IMG/VR virus record: IMGVR_UViG_3300032770_000007
Span: 32,001-96,000 of that record
DNA from: a virus
Direction: 5' to 3' (one strand)
DNA length: 64,000 nucleotides
Position numbers and translations under genes: made by a program. Numbering within the stretch: the first letter of the stretch is position 1; each line of letters opens with the position of its first letter. The notes beneath the pieces were generated by a model. That model was given only the letters and a program-made list of their open reading frames with translations. It did no database searches and was not told the DNA's origin. This document shows positions 27,243 to 38,157 of this stretch, piece after piece.

Positions 27243-27923
27243 TTAGTTTTCAATAAAAGCTTTGACTGCTCTAGGCACAATAGGAGTTATCAAATCAATC
27301 ATAGCCTTAGCATAAACTCTTATTTCCATTTGAGCATGCTCATGTAGTCTTAGTTTCAAAAAATGAAATAAATTATGTAGATCAACTGTAGCAAACATTC
27401 TACTATAAGTTGATAATGGTAATACAGTCCTGGCTAGTTCTCTAGGACAATTGGATTCAATCAACCTCTTATAGACTTTGAAAGAATCTTTACAACTAAG
27501 TTCTATTGATTTACCTAGAATCTGAGAAAAAGGATGCTCTTCAGTAGTCCTCATTTGTTTATTTGAAGAACTTTGAGTTGTTATATTCTTGAGATCAGGA
27601 ACATAAAATCCTTCATCAAGTTCAGTATATCTGCCACTGATTTCATTATAGGACCAGGTGCGATGTCTATGCCACTGTCTGAATACAAATATGGGTGCCT
27701 TGACTTCAAAGGTAAATATTACACTTTCAAATGGGGAAGTATGTTTATTCTTCCAAAGATATTGTATTAGTTTTTCATCCTTCTTTTCATCACCTTCTCT
27801 CCAATCAGCATTGTAAGATACTCTTGCTGAACGAACAATACTCAAATCATCTCCCATGCTATCAACTAATCTAACAAAACCAGGCTCACCATCAACACAA
27901 GGCAACACATCAATCTTTTCCAT
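27243..27923 (-). CDS. thyX: FAD-dependent thymidylate synthase
   Basis: HTSPFE, RQWHRHR-x7-SGRY, HAQMEIR. Confidence 0.95.
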   Translation of the reverse strand: MEKIDVLPCVDGEPGFVRLVDSMGDDLSIVRSARVSYNADWREGDEKKDEKLIQYLWKNKHTSPFESVIFTFEVKAPIFVFRQWHRHRTWSYNEISGRYTELDEGFYVPDLKNITTQSSSNKQMRTTEEHPFSQILGKSIELSCKDSFKVYKRLIESNCPRELARTVLPLSTYSRMFATVDLHNLFHFLKLRLHEHAQMEIRVYAKAMIDLITPIVPRAVKAFIEN

Positions 27924-28671
27924 TCATTTTACTCCAAAATATAAGTTCCCATCTACCATCCAGGTGTTCAACTAATGCTGAACAAGATTCAACCCAATCA
28001 CCTGTATTCATATAGGTGAAAGTATCTTCTATGATAATGGGTTTGTGGATATGACCACAAATCACTCCATTGTAATCTCTCTTTTCAGCATAATGGCGCA
28101 GGTGTTCTTCAAATTTATTAATGAATTGAACTGCCTCTTTAACCTTATGCTTTAAAAACAGACTCAATGACCAATAATCTTTTCCTAATAAATTTCTAAA
28201 CCAATTGAACTTGTCATTGATTATAAGTAATATTTCATATGCCCAATCTCCAAGGTGACTCAACCAACCCAACTTCATGAAATGATCAAACAAATCACCA
28301 TGGATAACCAAATACTTTTTACCATTTATTCCTGTATATACAAACTGATTATCAATATGTACATTACCAAAGTTCAAAGAATGTTTGATGAAAGGTCTAA
28401 CAAATTCATCATGGTTTCCAATAGCCCAATAGACTTTGGTTCCTTCTTTGGCTTTTTTCAAAATATGATGTATTACATTTACATGCGTCTGAGGAAAATA
28501 CCAACGACGATGAAGAGCCCATCCATCAATGATATCTCCAATCAGATACAAATTTTCACAATCATGAAAGCTTAAAAAATTATCTAGTAAGGTACTCTTA
28601 CAACCTCTGGTTCCTAAATGGGTATCACTAATAAAGATAGATTTATATTTGATCTTAGCTGGTACCTTCAT
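27910..28671 (-). CDS. metallophosphoesterase, UDP-2,3-diacylglucosamine hydrolase-like
   Basis: SDTHLG, GDIID, GNHD, HGD, GHIH, NTGDWVE. Confidence 0.85.
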   Translation of the reverse strand: MKVPAKIKYKSIFISDTHLGTRGCKSTLLDNFLSFHDCENLYLIGDIIDGWALHRRWYFPQTHVNVIHHILKKAKEGTKVYWAIGNHDEFVRPFIKHSLNFGNVHIDNQFVYTGINGKKYLVIHGDLFDHFMKLGWLSHLGDWAYEILLIINDKFNWFRNLLGKDYWSLSLFLKHKVKEAVQFINKFEEHLRHYAEKRDYNGVICGHIHKPIIIEDTFTYMNTGDWVESCSALVEHLDGRWELIFWSKMNGKD

Positions 28672-28700
28672 TGCATACTCGTTTTGTCCTTGTCATCTAT

Positions 28701-29765
28701 TTACCACCTTTTCCAGCAATCAAAATAGATTTGAGCCATAGTTCCTTGATAAGTATGCGTTTTCATAATAGAATGTATTTCTGGAATAGAAATACCATTA
28801 ATAACCATCTCATTAATATCTTTACCATTAATGTCATCTGGCCAAATAACTACAAAATGACCAGCCGCAATGCTATCTTGAATGTGTCTAACGATTTCCT
28901 TATTCCTGGGTTCATTATCATAAACCAGAATCAAATCACCACAATCAGGATAAGCCTGTTTAAAATCTCTTGCTAACAGATCCAGACTGGCATCACCAGA
29001 AGCAATAGCATTATCTAAAAACATGCTATCTATTTCACCTTCAGTAATATAGATTGGTCCTGGGTGAATATCTTTCAAACCGAACAACTTGCGACTATTC
29101 TCTTCACCAGCAATCCTGGTCTTTATATAGCGCAACTTATTTCCGGCTGCCAGACCTCTACCACAAACATGGGTAATATTACCATTCAAATCAGTTAGGA
29201 ACCAAACTAATCTAGGATCCTTTTCTACTAACTCTTTCTTATGCTGGGGATAAAAGTTATCCATGTATTTCTTGAAGTCATTGGTATAATATAAATCTGG
29301 CCAATGTTCTTTTGGTATCTTACGATTTACCACATACCAACGCGCATAATGTTCTTCTGGTAATTTATCAATAGGTTGAATAGAGTTATCATCGAGTTCT
29401 ATTAGTCGTTGTCTAAGTTTGTCAGGCGTAATATCTTTTTTGATAATAGTATTTTCTGTCTTTTTTGGGTTCCAATCATTTCTTTTTTTTCTATTGACAA
29501 ACTTCTCTAAGACATATTCTCTATGATAAACTGGATCTATATTCTTTAACAAAAAACTGAAAGTGGCTGAAGTACCACAATTGTGGCAATGATATCTAAG
29601 ATTATTATCAGCCTCATAGACATAGCCTCTTGCCTTCAGATTATTAATCTGACTATCCCCACAGATAGGACAAGAAAAGTTGAATAGATTAGTGCGCTTC
29701 TCTTTGAAGTTGCGCAATCTATTAGAAATAAGTAAAAGATATTTTCTATCTATCCAAAGACCCAT
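28701..29765 (-). CDS. DNA primase (gp61-like)
   Basis: CPICGDS/CHNC zinc domain; TOPRIM EGEID, YDNE, KDINE. Confidence 0.93.
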   Translation of the reverse strand: MGLWIDRKYLLLISNRLRNFKEKRTNLFNFSCPICGDSQINNLKARGYVYEADNNLRYHCHNCGTSATFSFLLKNIDPVYHREYVLEKFVNRKKRNDWNPKKTENTIIKKDITPDKLRQRLIELDDNSIQPIDKLPEEHYARWYVVNRKIPKEHWPDLYYTNDFKKYMDNFYPQHKKELVEKDPRLVWFLTDLNGNITHVCGRGLAAGNKLRYIKTRIAGEENSRKLFGLKDIHPGPIYITEGEIDSMFLDNAIASGDASLDLLARDFKQAYPDCGDLILVYDNEPRNKEIVRHIQDSIAAGHFVVIWPDDINGKDINEMVINGISIPEIHSIMKTHTYQGTMAQIYFDCWKRW

Positions 29766-30327
29766 GATATCTTCTCAATGCAGCTATTCGTAACTTTTCT
29801 TTATGTTCTGGAGATTTGGGTTTGCCTTTCAACGCTAAACTATGTTTTTGTTTAGATTCTTCACTAAGTGTCCAAGTTTTTCCAAGACAAGAATGATGAC
29901 CTTTGCCGAACTGATTTCCCATCATTTGAATTCTACGTTTTTCACGTATATCTAATCGTTGATTCATTTTAGCAGTTTGGGGTTTAGGTAATCCTTTATG
30001 ACCCATACCAATTTTACGTTTATGTTCTTCACTTTTAGGACCAGAAGTACCTTCTCCGCCATTAGTATGATTCAACAAAGGCCCTTGATCTAAATCTCTT
30101 CGCCCAAATATTGCTATTAGATCCTGTTCAAACCAAAAAGCATCTGATTCAGAATCTACATAAGCGATTTCTATTAAATGATGTAATCCCATTTCATTTA
30201 GTATTCTAATACGACCTTGAACAAATTTATTATGCGAACCAAGATCATATATCCGTTTACCTTGACCTTTACCAACATAAAAAGGAAGACGTGTTCTTGG
30301 ATCAATGTATAGATACGTATAGAACAT
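29746..30327 (-). CDS. GIY-YIG-like homing endonuclease with NUMOD3 repeats
   Basis: YTYLY...FYVGKG...E...N.T.GGEG; SEEHKRKI repeats. Confidence 0.8.
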   Translation of the reverse strand: MFYTYLYIDPRTRLPFYVGKGQGKRIYDLGSHNKFVQGRIRILNEMGLHHLIEIAYVDSESDAFWFEQDLIAIFGRRDLDQGPLLNHTNGGEGTSGPKSEEHKRKIGMGHKGLPKPQTAKMNQRLDIREKRRIQMMGNQFGKGHHSCLGKTWTLSEESKQKHSLALKGKPKSPEHKEKLRIAALRRYHGSLDR

Positions 30328-30725
30328 TATATACTGAATATGTGAAAGAGTTTAGGCTTTGAGTTTGCTTTCTGCTTCGAGAGCTCTTTGACGCCAGTAA
30401 TCTCTTCTTCTATAGGCCATTGCTATCATTTGCTCAACACAGCTGGTGCCATCACCAGGCCAAGCAGGCACACTACCTTGATGTAATAAAGCATCTAGAA
30501 TAGCAATCATGCAATCAGCACTATTATATTCTATATCATAATCAGCTACCCAACAATCACCATTCCATCCTCTCCAAAGTGCCTGATACATTCCATGCTT
30601 ATAATCATATTTTTCTTTAAACAACGCATCAAAGTTCTTACTAATTTTTCCCTCAGCCACAGCCTTATCATAGGCTGCTTCAATCTCAGGATTATATGTC
30701 TTTTTATAGTTTTCTAGAGTATCAC

Positions 30726-31001
30726 TCATTTGCCACCCTTGGTAATATTTTTGGCAGTGTTTATTATCCATTGCTGGAGATTGGTAAGTTCTGTAGCATT
30801 TTCCTTGGCTATTTCATTGTTCTTTGTAGCTATAGATAATGCTGTCTTAGCATCAGTTCCAGCATCCCCAGGTATGGTTAATAGAGGCTTAGCAGGAACC
30901 ATTATTTCTGCTGGAGGAGTGGGCATGTATGGAGTTTGTACTTCTACTCTGGTAGTGGTACAGCCAACCAATAATAGAGACAATAATATAAGTAATCTCA
31001 T
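30726..31001 (-). CDS. o-spanin
   Basis: LVGC lipobox, Pro-rich, follows i-spanin. Confidence 0.75.
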   Translation of the reverse strand: MRLLILLSLLLVGCTTTRVEVQTPYMPTPPAEIMVPAKPLLTIPGDAGTDAKTALSIATKNNEIAKENATELTNLQQWIINTAKNITKGGK

Positions 31002-31390
31002 TTGGTTGCTCCTGTTACTGATTGATTATACAAGTCTACCCATTCTTGACTTAGAGCACAAGAAGTAGTTCCATTTTGATTTGTAAGTATAGTCAATGAA
31101 TTTGCTGCTATCTCAGCCAACTTCTTTTGAATAGCAGCATTTGAATCTTGTAAGGTTTTGATTTGACCTTGTAACTGATTCACTGAAGTCGCATCAACGA
31201 CAGTCTGCGTTTTTTGAATATCAATAGTCTTGTTCTGATCTTTGATTATTTGAGCAGCCTGTTTAGCTTCTTCATGCTGTTCACCTTTTATCCAACCACC
31301 ACAAAATGCTCCTCCTACGATCAGGATTATTAGTCCTACTCGTATCAAAAGAGCATAAGGTTCTGGTATTAAACTTTCAATGAGATTCAT
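30998..31390 (-). CDS. i-spanin
   Basis: N-terminal TM, coiled coil, C-terminal C.L...W..LYN. Confidence 0.75.
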   Translation of the reverse strand: MNLIESLIPEPYALLIRVGLIILIVGGAFCGGWIKGEQHEEAKQAAQIIKDQNKTIDIQKTQTVVDATSVNQLQGQIKTLQDSNAAIQKKLAEIAANSLTILTNQNGTTSCALSQEWVDLYNQSVTGATK

Positions 31391-31405
31391 AATAAAAACT
31401 CCATA

Positions 31406-31693
31406 TTAGCCATTCTGGCTTGATGTATTTTGTCCTGGCTCTGTATCCTGCTTAAGTTTGATAGTTACTCCAGCTGCACCCATGATCGTACCAAAACCAA
31501 TAGACCAATTTATATAGTCAAATGGTAGACCCTTATGAAGGACATTCCAGGCTGTCATTGCTAGGTAAAATATTGAACCAAAGAACCAAGATACTCTGGC
31601 TAGATCATATGTCTGTCCATCAATACCAGTCAAACAATGCTTGATTAAAGTATCAAGCAACTTAGGAAGTTTAGGAAATTTTATTCTTCTCAT
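31406..31693 (-). CDS. putative holin
   Basis: two TM segments, between endolysin and spanins. Confidence 0.6.
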   Translation of the reverse strand: MRRIKFPKLPKLLDTLIKHCLTGIDGQTYDLARVSWFFGSIFYLAMTAWNVLHKGLPFDYINWSIGFGTIMGAAGVTIKLKQDTEPGQNTSSQNG

Positions 31694-32178
31694 ATAGCCT
31701 GCCCATCAGTTACCCAATATTTGTAGTTGTGAAAAAACTGTCCCTGTGTTGCTGCTCCAAGAGGAGTGTTATAATATTCCTTGTAATAGTTCCAAAGACC
31801 ATTCAAATCAGTGGCAGAAGGTAATGTACCAGGTTTTCTGGCATAATGTACTCTGGCCATTGCGATGGCATATGGATCATTATTTATGAGAACTTCTGCG
31901 GTATTGTTTCCGCCTGCCAAATCTTTGATTTGTCCTGATAGATCATCATGATATTTGAGATAATTTGTCCAGATATCATCATGGTCCTCTTTTTCCATTT
32001 GAAATATGCCTCTAGCAGGACCATTGCTCTGAACTCTAAATGTTCCAAAGGCACTTTCCTGCGCACAGGTAGCCAATAGAAGTTCTTCAGCATTTGAGCT
32101 GTAAAGATTTAGTGGTTTGAGAGTTGATTCAATCAGATATCTTAAATTTGATGGAGTATATGGCAAATAGGTAGTCAC
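31690..32178 (-). CDS. endolysin, lysozyme-like fold
   Basis: TCAQES...GPARGIFQME...YYKEYYNT. Confidence 0.75.
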   Translation of the reverse strand: MTTYLPYTPSNLRYLIESTLKPLNLYSSNAEELLLATCAQESAFGTFRVQSNGPARGIFQMEKEDHDDIWTNYLKYHDDLSGQIKDLAGGNNTAEVLINNDPYAIAMARVHYARKPGTLPSATDLNGLWNYYKEYYNTPLGAATQGQFFHNYKYWVTDGQAI

Positions 32179-32386
32179 TTCTCACCTCATAAATTATCAC
32201 TTACCAATCCATTAACATTATATGGTGGCTTTGCTCTTTTCAAAAACTTTTTGGTTCTGTCTTTGAAGTTTTTCTTCATTTTCATCACTGGATCAAAACC
32301 AGCTACTGGACCAGCAGCAGGAGCAGCATTGGTGAAGCCACCAGTACCAGCTGCCATTACAGCACCGCCATCTTCTTTGATTATCT

Positions 32387-32773
32387 TCATTTAAGTTCTT
32401 TCAAAACCTCTATGGCTTTTGGATCCAGATTATATTCATCCACTACTATATCTTGTCCATTCACTCCATAAACAACTGGAGGAGCAAAACCCAAATAATC
32501 TACAAATGGCAACAGTACCTCTAAATCTTTATGCTCTAACTTGAAGAATAATAATCTTGTCCCTTCTGGTCCAAATACATTATAGAATATTACCAAATGG
32601 TTCAAGATTAATCGTTCTTTCAAAATTCCTGTTGTATAATATTTCGTCAATAACCTCTTGATATATTGTATACGATTTATATCTTCTTCAAATTCATTCC
32701 AAACCGCATTTGGTTTGTCATATGCTTTTGCTGCTATCAATAAAAAGTTGTTCGCGGTAACATTATCTATCAC
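32387..32773 (-). CDS. conserved T4-like hypothetical protein
   Basis: ERLILNHLVIFYNVFG. Confidence 0.7.
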   Translation of the reverse strand: MIDNVTANNFLLIAAKAYDKPNAVWNEFEEDINRIQYIKRLLTKYYTTGILKERLILNHLVIFYNVFGPEGTRLLFFKLEHKDLEVLLPFVDYLGFAPPVVYGVNGQDIVVDEYNLDPKAIEVLKELK

Positions 32774-33154
32774 AATCTCACTCTATTTCTGCTTTGCGTG
32801 TCCTCAGGTGATGTTGCCCTTGCCAAATCTGTTCTTCATCCCCACCCAGACTATCTAATATATCTAACTCTTCAGGTGTAGTCAGTGTTGCATATACATT
32901 ATATTTAGCAGACACTTCTTCGTCCAAATCAGTATCAAAAATGACATGTAGATAATAGGGAGGTTCTTCTATCCCATCAAATAAAATCTTGAAACATAAT
33001 TCATCATCAAAGTTATCTATTACAGGAGCAGTTACTCCATGAGTTTCTAACTTGAGAGCAACAGCATGCCAGGCATCTGGAATGCTATCAAATGTTTGAT
33101 CTGATAAAGTATCCAGATCATTGTTTAGATTATCTACATCAGCTTCTAACATAT

Positions 33155-33682
33155 CTAAAATCCATGTAGTTTGAGTTTTGAAATGGAATCTGCGGCCGAA
33201 GTATGGAGGATTCCTATACCTCTATTCTTCATCCATTCCTGAATATTTTGATTTGTATCATCAATAAGAATATTACTTATCACGTTTCTGTTCTCTATTT
33301 TGGTAGCATAGTTCTGTTTATGTTCTCTAAAGACAGCATGAAAATGATCTTTAGGTATACCAAGATACTTTTCACACCAAATCCATTTACCTTCACGAGC
33401 ATATCTTTGAGAACTTTCTGATGGTGGTTCACCATTGATCCCTCTAGGAACTGCTGTCAAAATATGTGGCTCATAAGGAACAACATAGTTCCATAGAGTA
33501 TGAAAGTCTCTAGTTGGTGGTAGATTTTCCCAAAAGTTAGGACATTCAAATACTCTATGATTTCTGGCTAACTTTTCTTGCCTCGAAACAGGAGCATTCC
33601 AATCTATTCCGGTTAGTAGTTTTACTCCTCTTACAAAATCAACCAGGACCCCATCCATATCAACATATAGCGTAGCACGCAT
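33155..33682 (-). CDS. HAD-family 5'(3')-deoxyribonucleotidase
   Basis: DMDGVLVDF, ILTA, K, ILIDD. Confidence 0.85.
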   Translation of the reverse strand: MRATLYVDMDGVLVDFVRGVKLLTGIDWNAPVSRQEKLARNHRVFECPNFWENLPPTRDFHTLWNYVVPYEPHILTAVPRGINGEPPSESSQRYAREGKWIWCEKYLGIPKDHFHAVFREHKQNYATKIENRNVISNILIDDTNQNIQEWMKNRGIGILHTSAADSISKLKLHGF

Positions 33683-35289
33683 TATCTACCTCTATTTCCT
33701 AATGCTGATATTGCTTTGCTCTTGTTTAGTTTCAAAGTTGGTTTAGTATCAATAGGATTTGCTTTTGAACCAGTAGCAGTATAGCCACGGAACTGACCCA
33801 AGAACTTCTTGCGCTTACCTTCATCAATAATCATATCTTCTTTGAGTGTCTTAGCGCGATCCTTTCTAACTATATGAAACTCTCCAGCATCATCCCTAAT
33901 ATGTAGTTCAGTTTTGAAAGGAACCAATTGGCTGAAGGTATGTTCACGATGAACACTATGAACAGTCCCTGTTTTGTAACTATTTGTCTCAGGATGAAAA
34001 TATTTCACTTTTTTACCAACCCAAGGATGATTATTGATTTGACCTGCTTTGGTTATTCTACCTTCATCAATGATCATATCTTCATTCAATTCAAAATGAG
34101 AAATAGTTGACAGTTTTTCAGGAGTTGGATGACCAACTAAAGCATGATGATATAACTTGACATTTTTTACATTGTGTGCTTTTTCAACGTGAGTAATACG
34201 TTGAGCCATTGTCCATCCTGGAGAATGAGTAAAAGTATTATCATATGTCTTTTGAAGTTCCATACGAGTTGGTCCTGTATGTGCTTCTGTTATTCCATGC
34301 TGTTTACGCAATCTCATAATACCACCATGAGCCACATTGCCTGGTGCTACATACTTATGAGCATCCTTGATGTGCTGAGCATGATAATGAGTACCGCCAC
34401 CAGGTGTAGAATATTGTCTTTCAGAAGCATTTAGTTTATCAACAATACCCTTTGCTTCTGTTGGTGTATAGAGTTTTGGTTCATCACTTTTTGGCCAGGC
34501 ATTCTGACGACCACGACCAGCATTACCTATCACTACATGAGTTGCTTCTTCTTCATTCATTATTGATTCAGCAATCCAACCACCTACATGCCAATGAGTC
34601 TTACCTTTATGAGCATGTAATGGTCCCCATTTCTTAGTATGATCTAAATGATAATCATGAATTTTATTTAGATCGGTATGTGGCGTCTGATGATGTTCAA
34701 CTTTAGCACGGGATAGCTGAGTATCTTCATCATATGCACCACCTTCACCATGCTTAAAGCCGCTTCTATGAACATTATTGATATGATCTTGAACATGCTT
34801 TACGGTTGGAAATTTGTCAATAGGAAAGTTAGCATTATAATTATGTGCACCTTCTGTTAAAGATTCTTCTTTCAACTTTTTGTTAGCCAAAGCCACTCCC
34901 TTGGCTCTTTTGTCTGCCATCTTCTTATGCTTTTCTGCACTAATGTTATCAATACCATATTGATTGGCATAATCTACAGCATGCTTGATTCCAGAGACCT
35001 GTGCTTTCCAACGATAGTTGTCAAGAGTTTTCTTTGAGATTTCTGTTATAGTTTCTTCATCCATGTCAGTATATCTTTTTCTTTCTTCATCATGATGTGC
35101 GGTCACTTCTGATTTGGCAACAGGATAGTTACTCAAACCATTGTTGATCAAAACGTGGGAACCAAAGTCTTGTTTCACGACTCCAAAACCACCCACATGC
35201 TTCACGCACGTGCCCACCCAATCAGAAGGATGGCCATCTTTCCAACCTTCTGTTAGTGTTTCTAATCTGATCTGTAGGAATGATTTCAT
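33682..35289 (-). CDS. putative internal head polyprotein
   Basis: MKSF start; repeated (I/L)xE linkers between His-rich modules. Confidence 0.6.
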   Translation of the reverse strand: MKSFLQIRLETLTEGWKDGHPSDWVGTCVKHVGGFGVVKQDFGSHVLINNGLSNYPVAKSEVTAHHDEERKRYTDMDEETITEISKKTLDNYRWKAQVSGIKHAVDYANQYGIDNISAEKHKKMADKRAKGVALANKKLKEESLTEGAHNYNANFPIDKFPTVKHVQDHINNVHRSGFKHGEGGAYDEDTQLSRAKVEHHQTPHTDLNKIHDYHLDHTKKWGPLHAHKGKTHWHVGGWIAESIMNEEEATHVVIGNAGRGRQNAWPKSDEPKLYTPTEAKGIVDKLNASERQYSTPGGGTHYHAQHIKDAHKYVAPGNVAHGGIMRLRKQHGITEAHTGPTRMELQKTYDNTFTHSPGWTMAQRITHVEKAHNVKNVKLYHHALVGHPTPEKLSTISHFELNEDMIIDEGRITKAGQINNHPWVGKKVKYFHPETNSYKTGTVHSVHREHTFSQLVPFKTELHIRDDAGEFHIVRKDRAKTLKEDMIIDEGKRKKFLGQFRGYTATGSKANPIDTKPTLKLNKSKAISALGNRGR

Positions 35290-35747
35290 TACTTTGATCC
35301 TTGATCCTTTGCTTTGGTCCTCAATGCTGAATATTTCTGAGCAACACGACTCTGGGCTGGACCTATGTGAATAGGTTCTTTGTTCTTTTTATTATCAAGG
35401 AGATGAGTTCCCTTGAAATCTTCTCTAACAGGATTCACTGGCTCAGCCGCTGCTGCTACCTGAGCAGTTCTCACTGTTCTGATTAGTTGATCATGAAGTT
35501 TGTGTTGAAATTCAGCAGCCTTCAAGTGAGCCTCAGCAGCACCCTTATAATCTCCTAGCATACCCAAACGAGTTGCCTCATTTGCATATTGTCTTGCTAG
35601 TTCACCACAATTTTCACCATCATAGGCACCAGAACCAGAAATACTGATCTCCTCTGCCATGGCTGGATCAATCTTTGACTTTCTTGCCTCAGCATAAGCT
35701 TCTTTGAAACTCTGACTTACTTTATTATCTTCTGAAAAAATACTCAT
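35289..35747 (-). CDS. hypothetical, possible virion protein
   Basis: ORF with SFKEAYAE motif. Confidence 0.55.
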   Translation of the reverse strand: MSIFSEDNKVSQSFKEAYAEARKSKIDPAMAEEISISGSGAYDGENCGELARQYANEATRLGMLGDYKGAAEAHLKAAEFQHKLHDQLIRTVRTAQVAAAAEPVNPVREDFKGTHLLDNKKNKEPIHIGPAQSRVAQKYSALRTKAKDQGSK

Positions 35748-35749
35748 GT

Positions 35750-38128
35750 TTACTTAGTCTCCCAGAACTTGATGTCTGTGGGCTTCAAACCCTCTTGTAA
35801 TGTAATAGCACCTTTGCGTTCAAACTTCAAACAGGTTACATTGTCTCCATCTTTCACATAGACGTTATACTGCTTATTTGAACGAAATGGTTTATTAGTC
35901 TTTATGACTCTACCTTCATATATAGTCTCTTCACCTTCTACTCCCCAATCTTCATAGACTTCAGGAGTTGTATATGAAAGATCAGGTGATTTCAAAGAAT
36001 AATCTTGACGAAAATCTTTGAATGATTTCTCTTCACTATTCATGCTCATGGTTGTAGAAATGCCCTGGTTACTACCATCAGCCTTTACAGAACTAGTTCT
36101 AAATGTCTTTACAGCTTTCTTTGGTTTACCTGGTTTGACTGCTTCATCCATCCACCAAACCTTTGGTTTGATATGATGCCAAATATTTTTGTGTTTTTCA
36201 TGGTGAGAATGAACAGCAGCAATCGCTTCTTCATATTCTGCCTGTCTTCCATGACCTTCAGCTTTACTTACTTCATGTGCAAGACGATTATGTTCCTTCT
36301 GGACATCGGCAATATGTGTTTTGAATTCCTTATGCTTTGTGCGCTTTGCTAGTTTTTCAAGTCTATCTTGTTCTCTTGATTTTTGTTTATTGGCCTTATT
36401 TTCAGCAGCCCATTGAGCAAATACTCCATGACCTTCACCAATCGTGCCAACACCAGCCATGTCATCCCCTTGACGAGCATCAGTATGAGTTGCTGGAGCC
36501 TTGGCTGCTTTTCTAGGCTTATATTTTACATTGGCCGTGCCTGGAGTTGCGGCCAATGGATTTGTTCCATTGGCACCTTGAGCAGCAAAAGCACCACCAA
36601 CACTATCTGATGGACGGATTGTGCCAAGAGTTGAAGGAGCCTTCACAGGAGTTACACCTGATGGCTTATTTTGGTTACTAGTTTTCCAAAGAGTAGCCTC
36701 TGATGTAGAAGTTATTCCAGCACCAATATCAGCATGAAAAGTTGAGTTGCCAGGAATGGCTGTCCCTGGCAACTTTGTTACCTTGGTTTTACGAAACTTC
36801 TTGAAACCTGTTTCTTCTTTCAAACGACTTGCACCAGTGCTAGAAGGATCATGGGGACCAGTAGCTATGACCTTTGGAGCATAGGGAACCTGGATAGTTG
36901 AAGCATTAGTTCTTAGTCTACCAGTCTTAGTATCTCTTACAAATCTGCTTGATTTATTATTTTTCTGATTAGGATTTTTAGGAGTTGGTTGTGAAGTGGT
37001 ATTCGTTGATACTGATGTTCCTGGAGTTTCATTCAAAAACTCTGCTACTGTTTCATTGATAGATTTTTGACCAGTATAGAAACCAGTGATCAAATCATTT
37101 AGTTCATCAAACCATAGTTGTGTTTGTTCTGTTCTCAAAGGACTGCTATTATCAAAGATAGTAAACAGATTGAATTCATCATTCAGAACTTTAGCATTAT
37201 ATAAAGAACGAGTATATTTCTCTAATCTAACTTCTTCAGTGATAGTCTTGGCACCTAGTTTGATTCTTTGCTCATTTCTTGCCTGACTAACTTCATCAGT
37301 TGTGTAAACATATACACCAGCAGTTCTATAGCCTACTGTCTCAAGCACTTTCTTGGTTAAAGTTATCTTCTTGAAATCATCAGCATTACCATTGACAATC
37401 AATGGCTCACCTTGATTGACTTCTGCAACATTCTTTTGTTCATTGATAGCCTTGTAGAGTTTTTCTAGATTTATCTCAACCAGACTTTCATCATTGAGAA
37501 CAGTTTCCCTTAGGAGAGCATCCTTGCCTGATCCTGGACCACCAATAAGGAACAAAGCAGTATACTGTTCAGCCTTTAGACCTTTTCTTGTTGCCATGTA
37601 TAACTCTTTCGCATGTTGCTTGCTTGGAACTCCTTTACGGAAACTTTCAAAATCACCTTTTTGAGCATGCTCTCGCATCTTTGAAGCACTCATACCTTCA
37701 ACACCTTCTGAATCAGGATCTCTATGACCAGCTGAAACAACATGAATATTATCAAAGGTATATTCATGTCCATTATATTTATGAAGTAGGTTATGAAAGG
37801 ACTTGACTCTGTCTTCACCCACAACCATTGTAACTCTTTTATGTCCCATCTTTTGTAAATGCTTCATTGCATCCAATGGTGTCTTGATCTCAGCACCAGG
37901 ATGAACATTTGTCCCTGGCAACATTGATTGAATGAAATGAACTTTGTCTCTGTGGGTTAGAGGATTTTTCTTGTTGTCATGGGTACCAGAAACAAATACA
38001 TAATGATTTGCCCCATGATGTCTAGCTAACTGTTTGACGTGGTTTATTAGTTTGGCATGTCCTGATGTTGGTGGGTTCATCCTACCGAACGTAAACACCG
38101 CCGCTTCTTTGACTTCTGGTTTTTCCAT
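35750..38128 (-). CDS. cytidyltransferase-like (HIGH) domain fused to P-loop kinase and low-complexity tail
   Basis: FTFGRMNPPTSGH, MSASKMR, GGPGSGK. Confidence 0.8.
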   Translation of the reverse strand: MEKPEVKEAAVFTFGRMNPPTSGHAKLINHVKQLARHHGANHYVFVSGTHDNKKNPLTHRDKVHFIQSMLPGTNVHPGAEIKTPLDAMKHLQKMGHKRVTMVVGEDRVKSFHNLLHKYNGHEYTFDNIHVVSAGHRDPDSEGVEGMSASKMREHAQKGDFESFRKGVPSKQHAKELYMATRKGLKAEQYTALFLIGGPGSGKDALLRETVLNDESLVEINLEKLYKAINEQKNVAEVNQGEPLIVNGNADDFKKITLTKKVLETVGYRTAGVYVYTTDEVSQARNEQRIKLGAKTITEEVRLEKYTRSLYNAKVLNDEFNLFTIFDNSSPLRTEQTQLWFDELNDLITGFYTGQKSINETVAEFLNETPGTSVSTNTTSQPTPKNPNQKNNKSSRFVRDTKTGRLRTNASTIQVPYAPKVIATGPHDPSSTGASRLKEETGFKKFRKTKVTKLPGTAIPGNSTFHADIGAGITSTSEATLWKTSNQNKPSGVTPVKAPSTLGTIRPSDSVGGAFAAQGANGTNPLAATPGTANVKYKPRKAAKAPATHTDARQGDDMAGVGTIGEGHGVFAQWAAENKANKQKSREQDRLEKLAKRTKHKEFKTHIADVQKEHNRLAHEVSKAEGHGRQAEYEEAIAAVHSHHEKHKNIWHHIKPKVWWMDEAVKPGKPKKAVKTFRTSSVKADGSNQGISTTMSMNSEEKSFKDFRQDYSLKSPDLSYTTPEVYEDWGVEGEETIYEGRVIKTNKPFRSNKQYNVYVKDGDNVTCLKFERKGAITLQEGLKPTDIKFWETK

Positions 38129-38157
38129 CGCAAACTCTGTGTTGCCTGTATAATCAA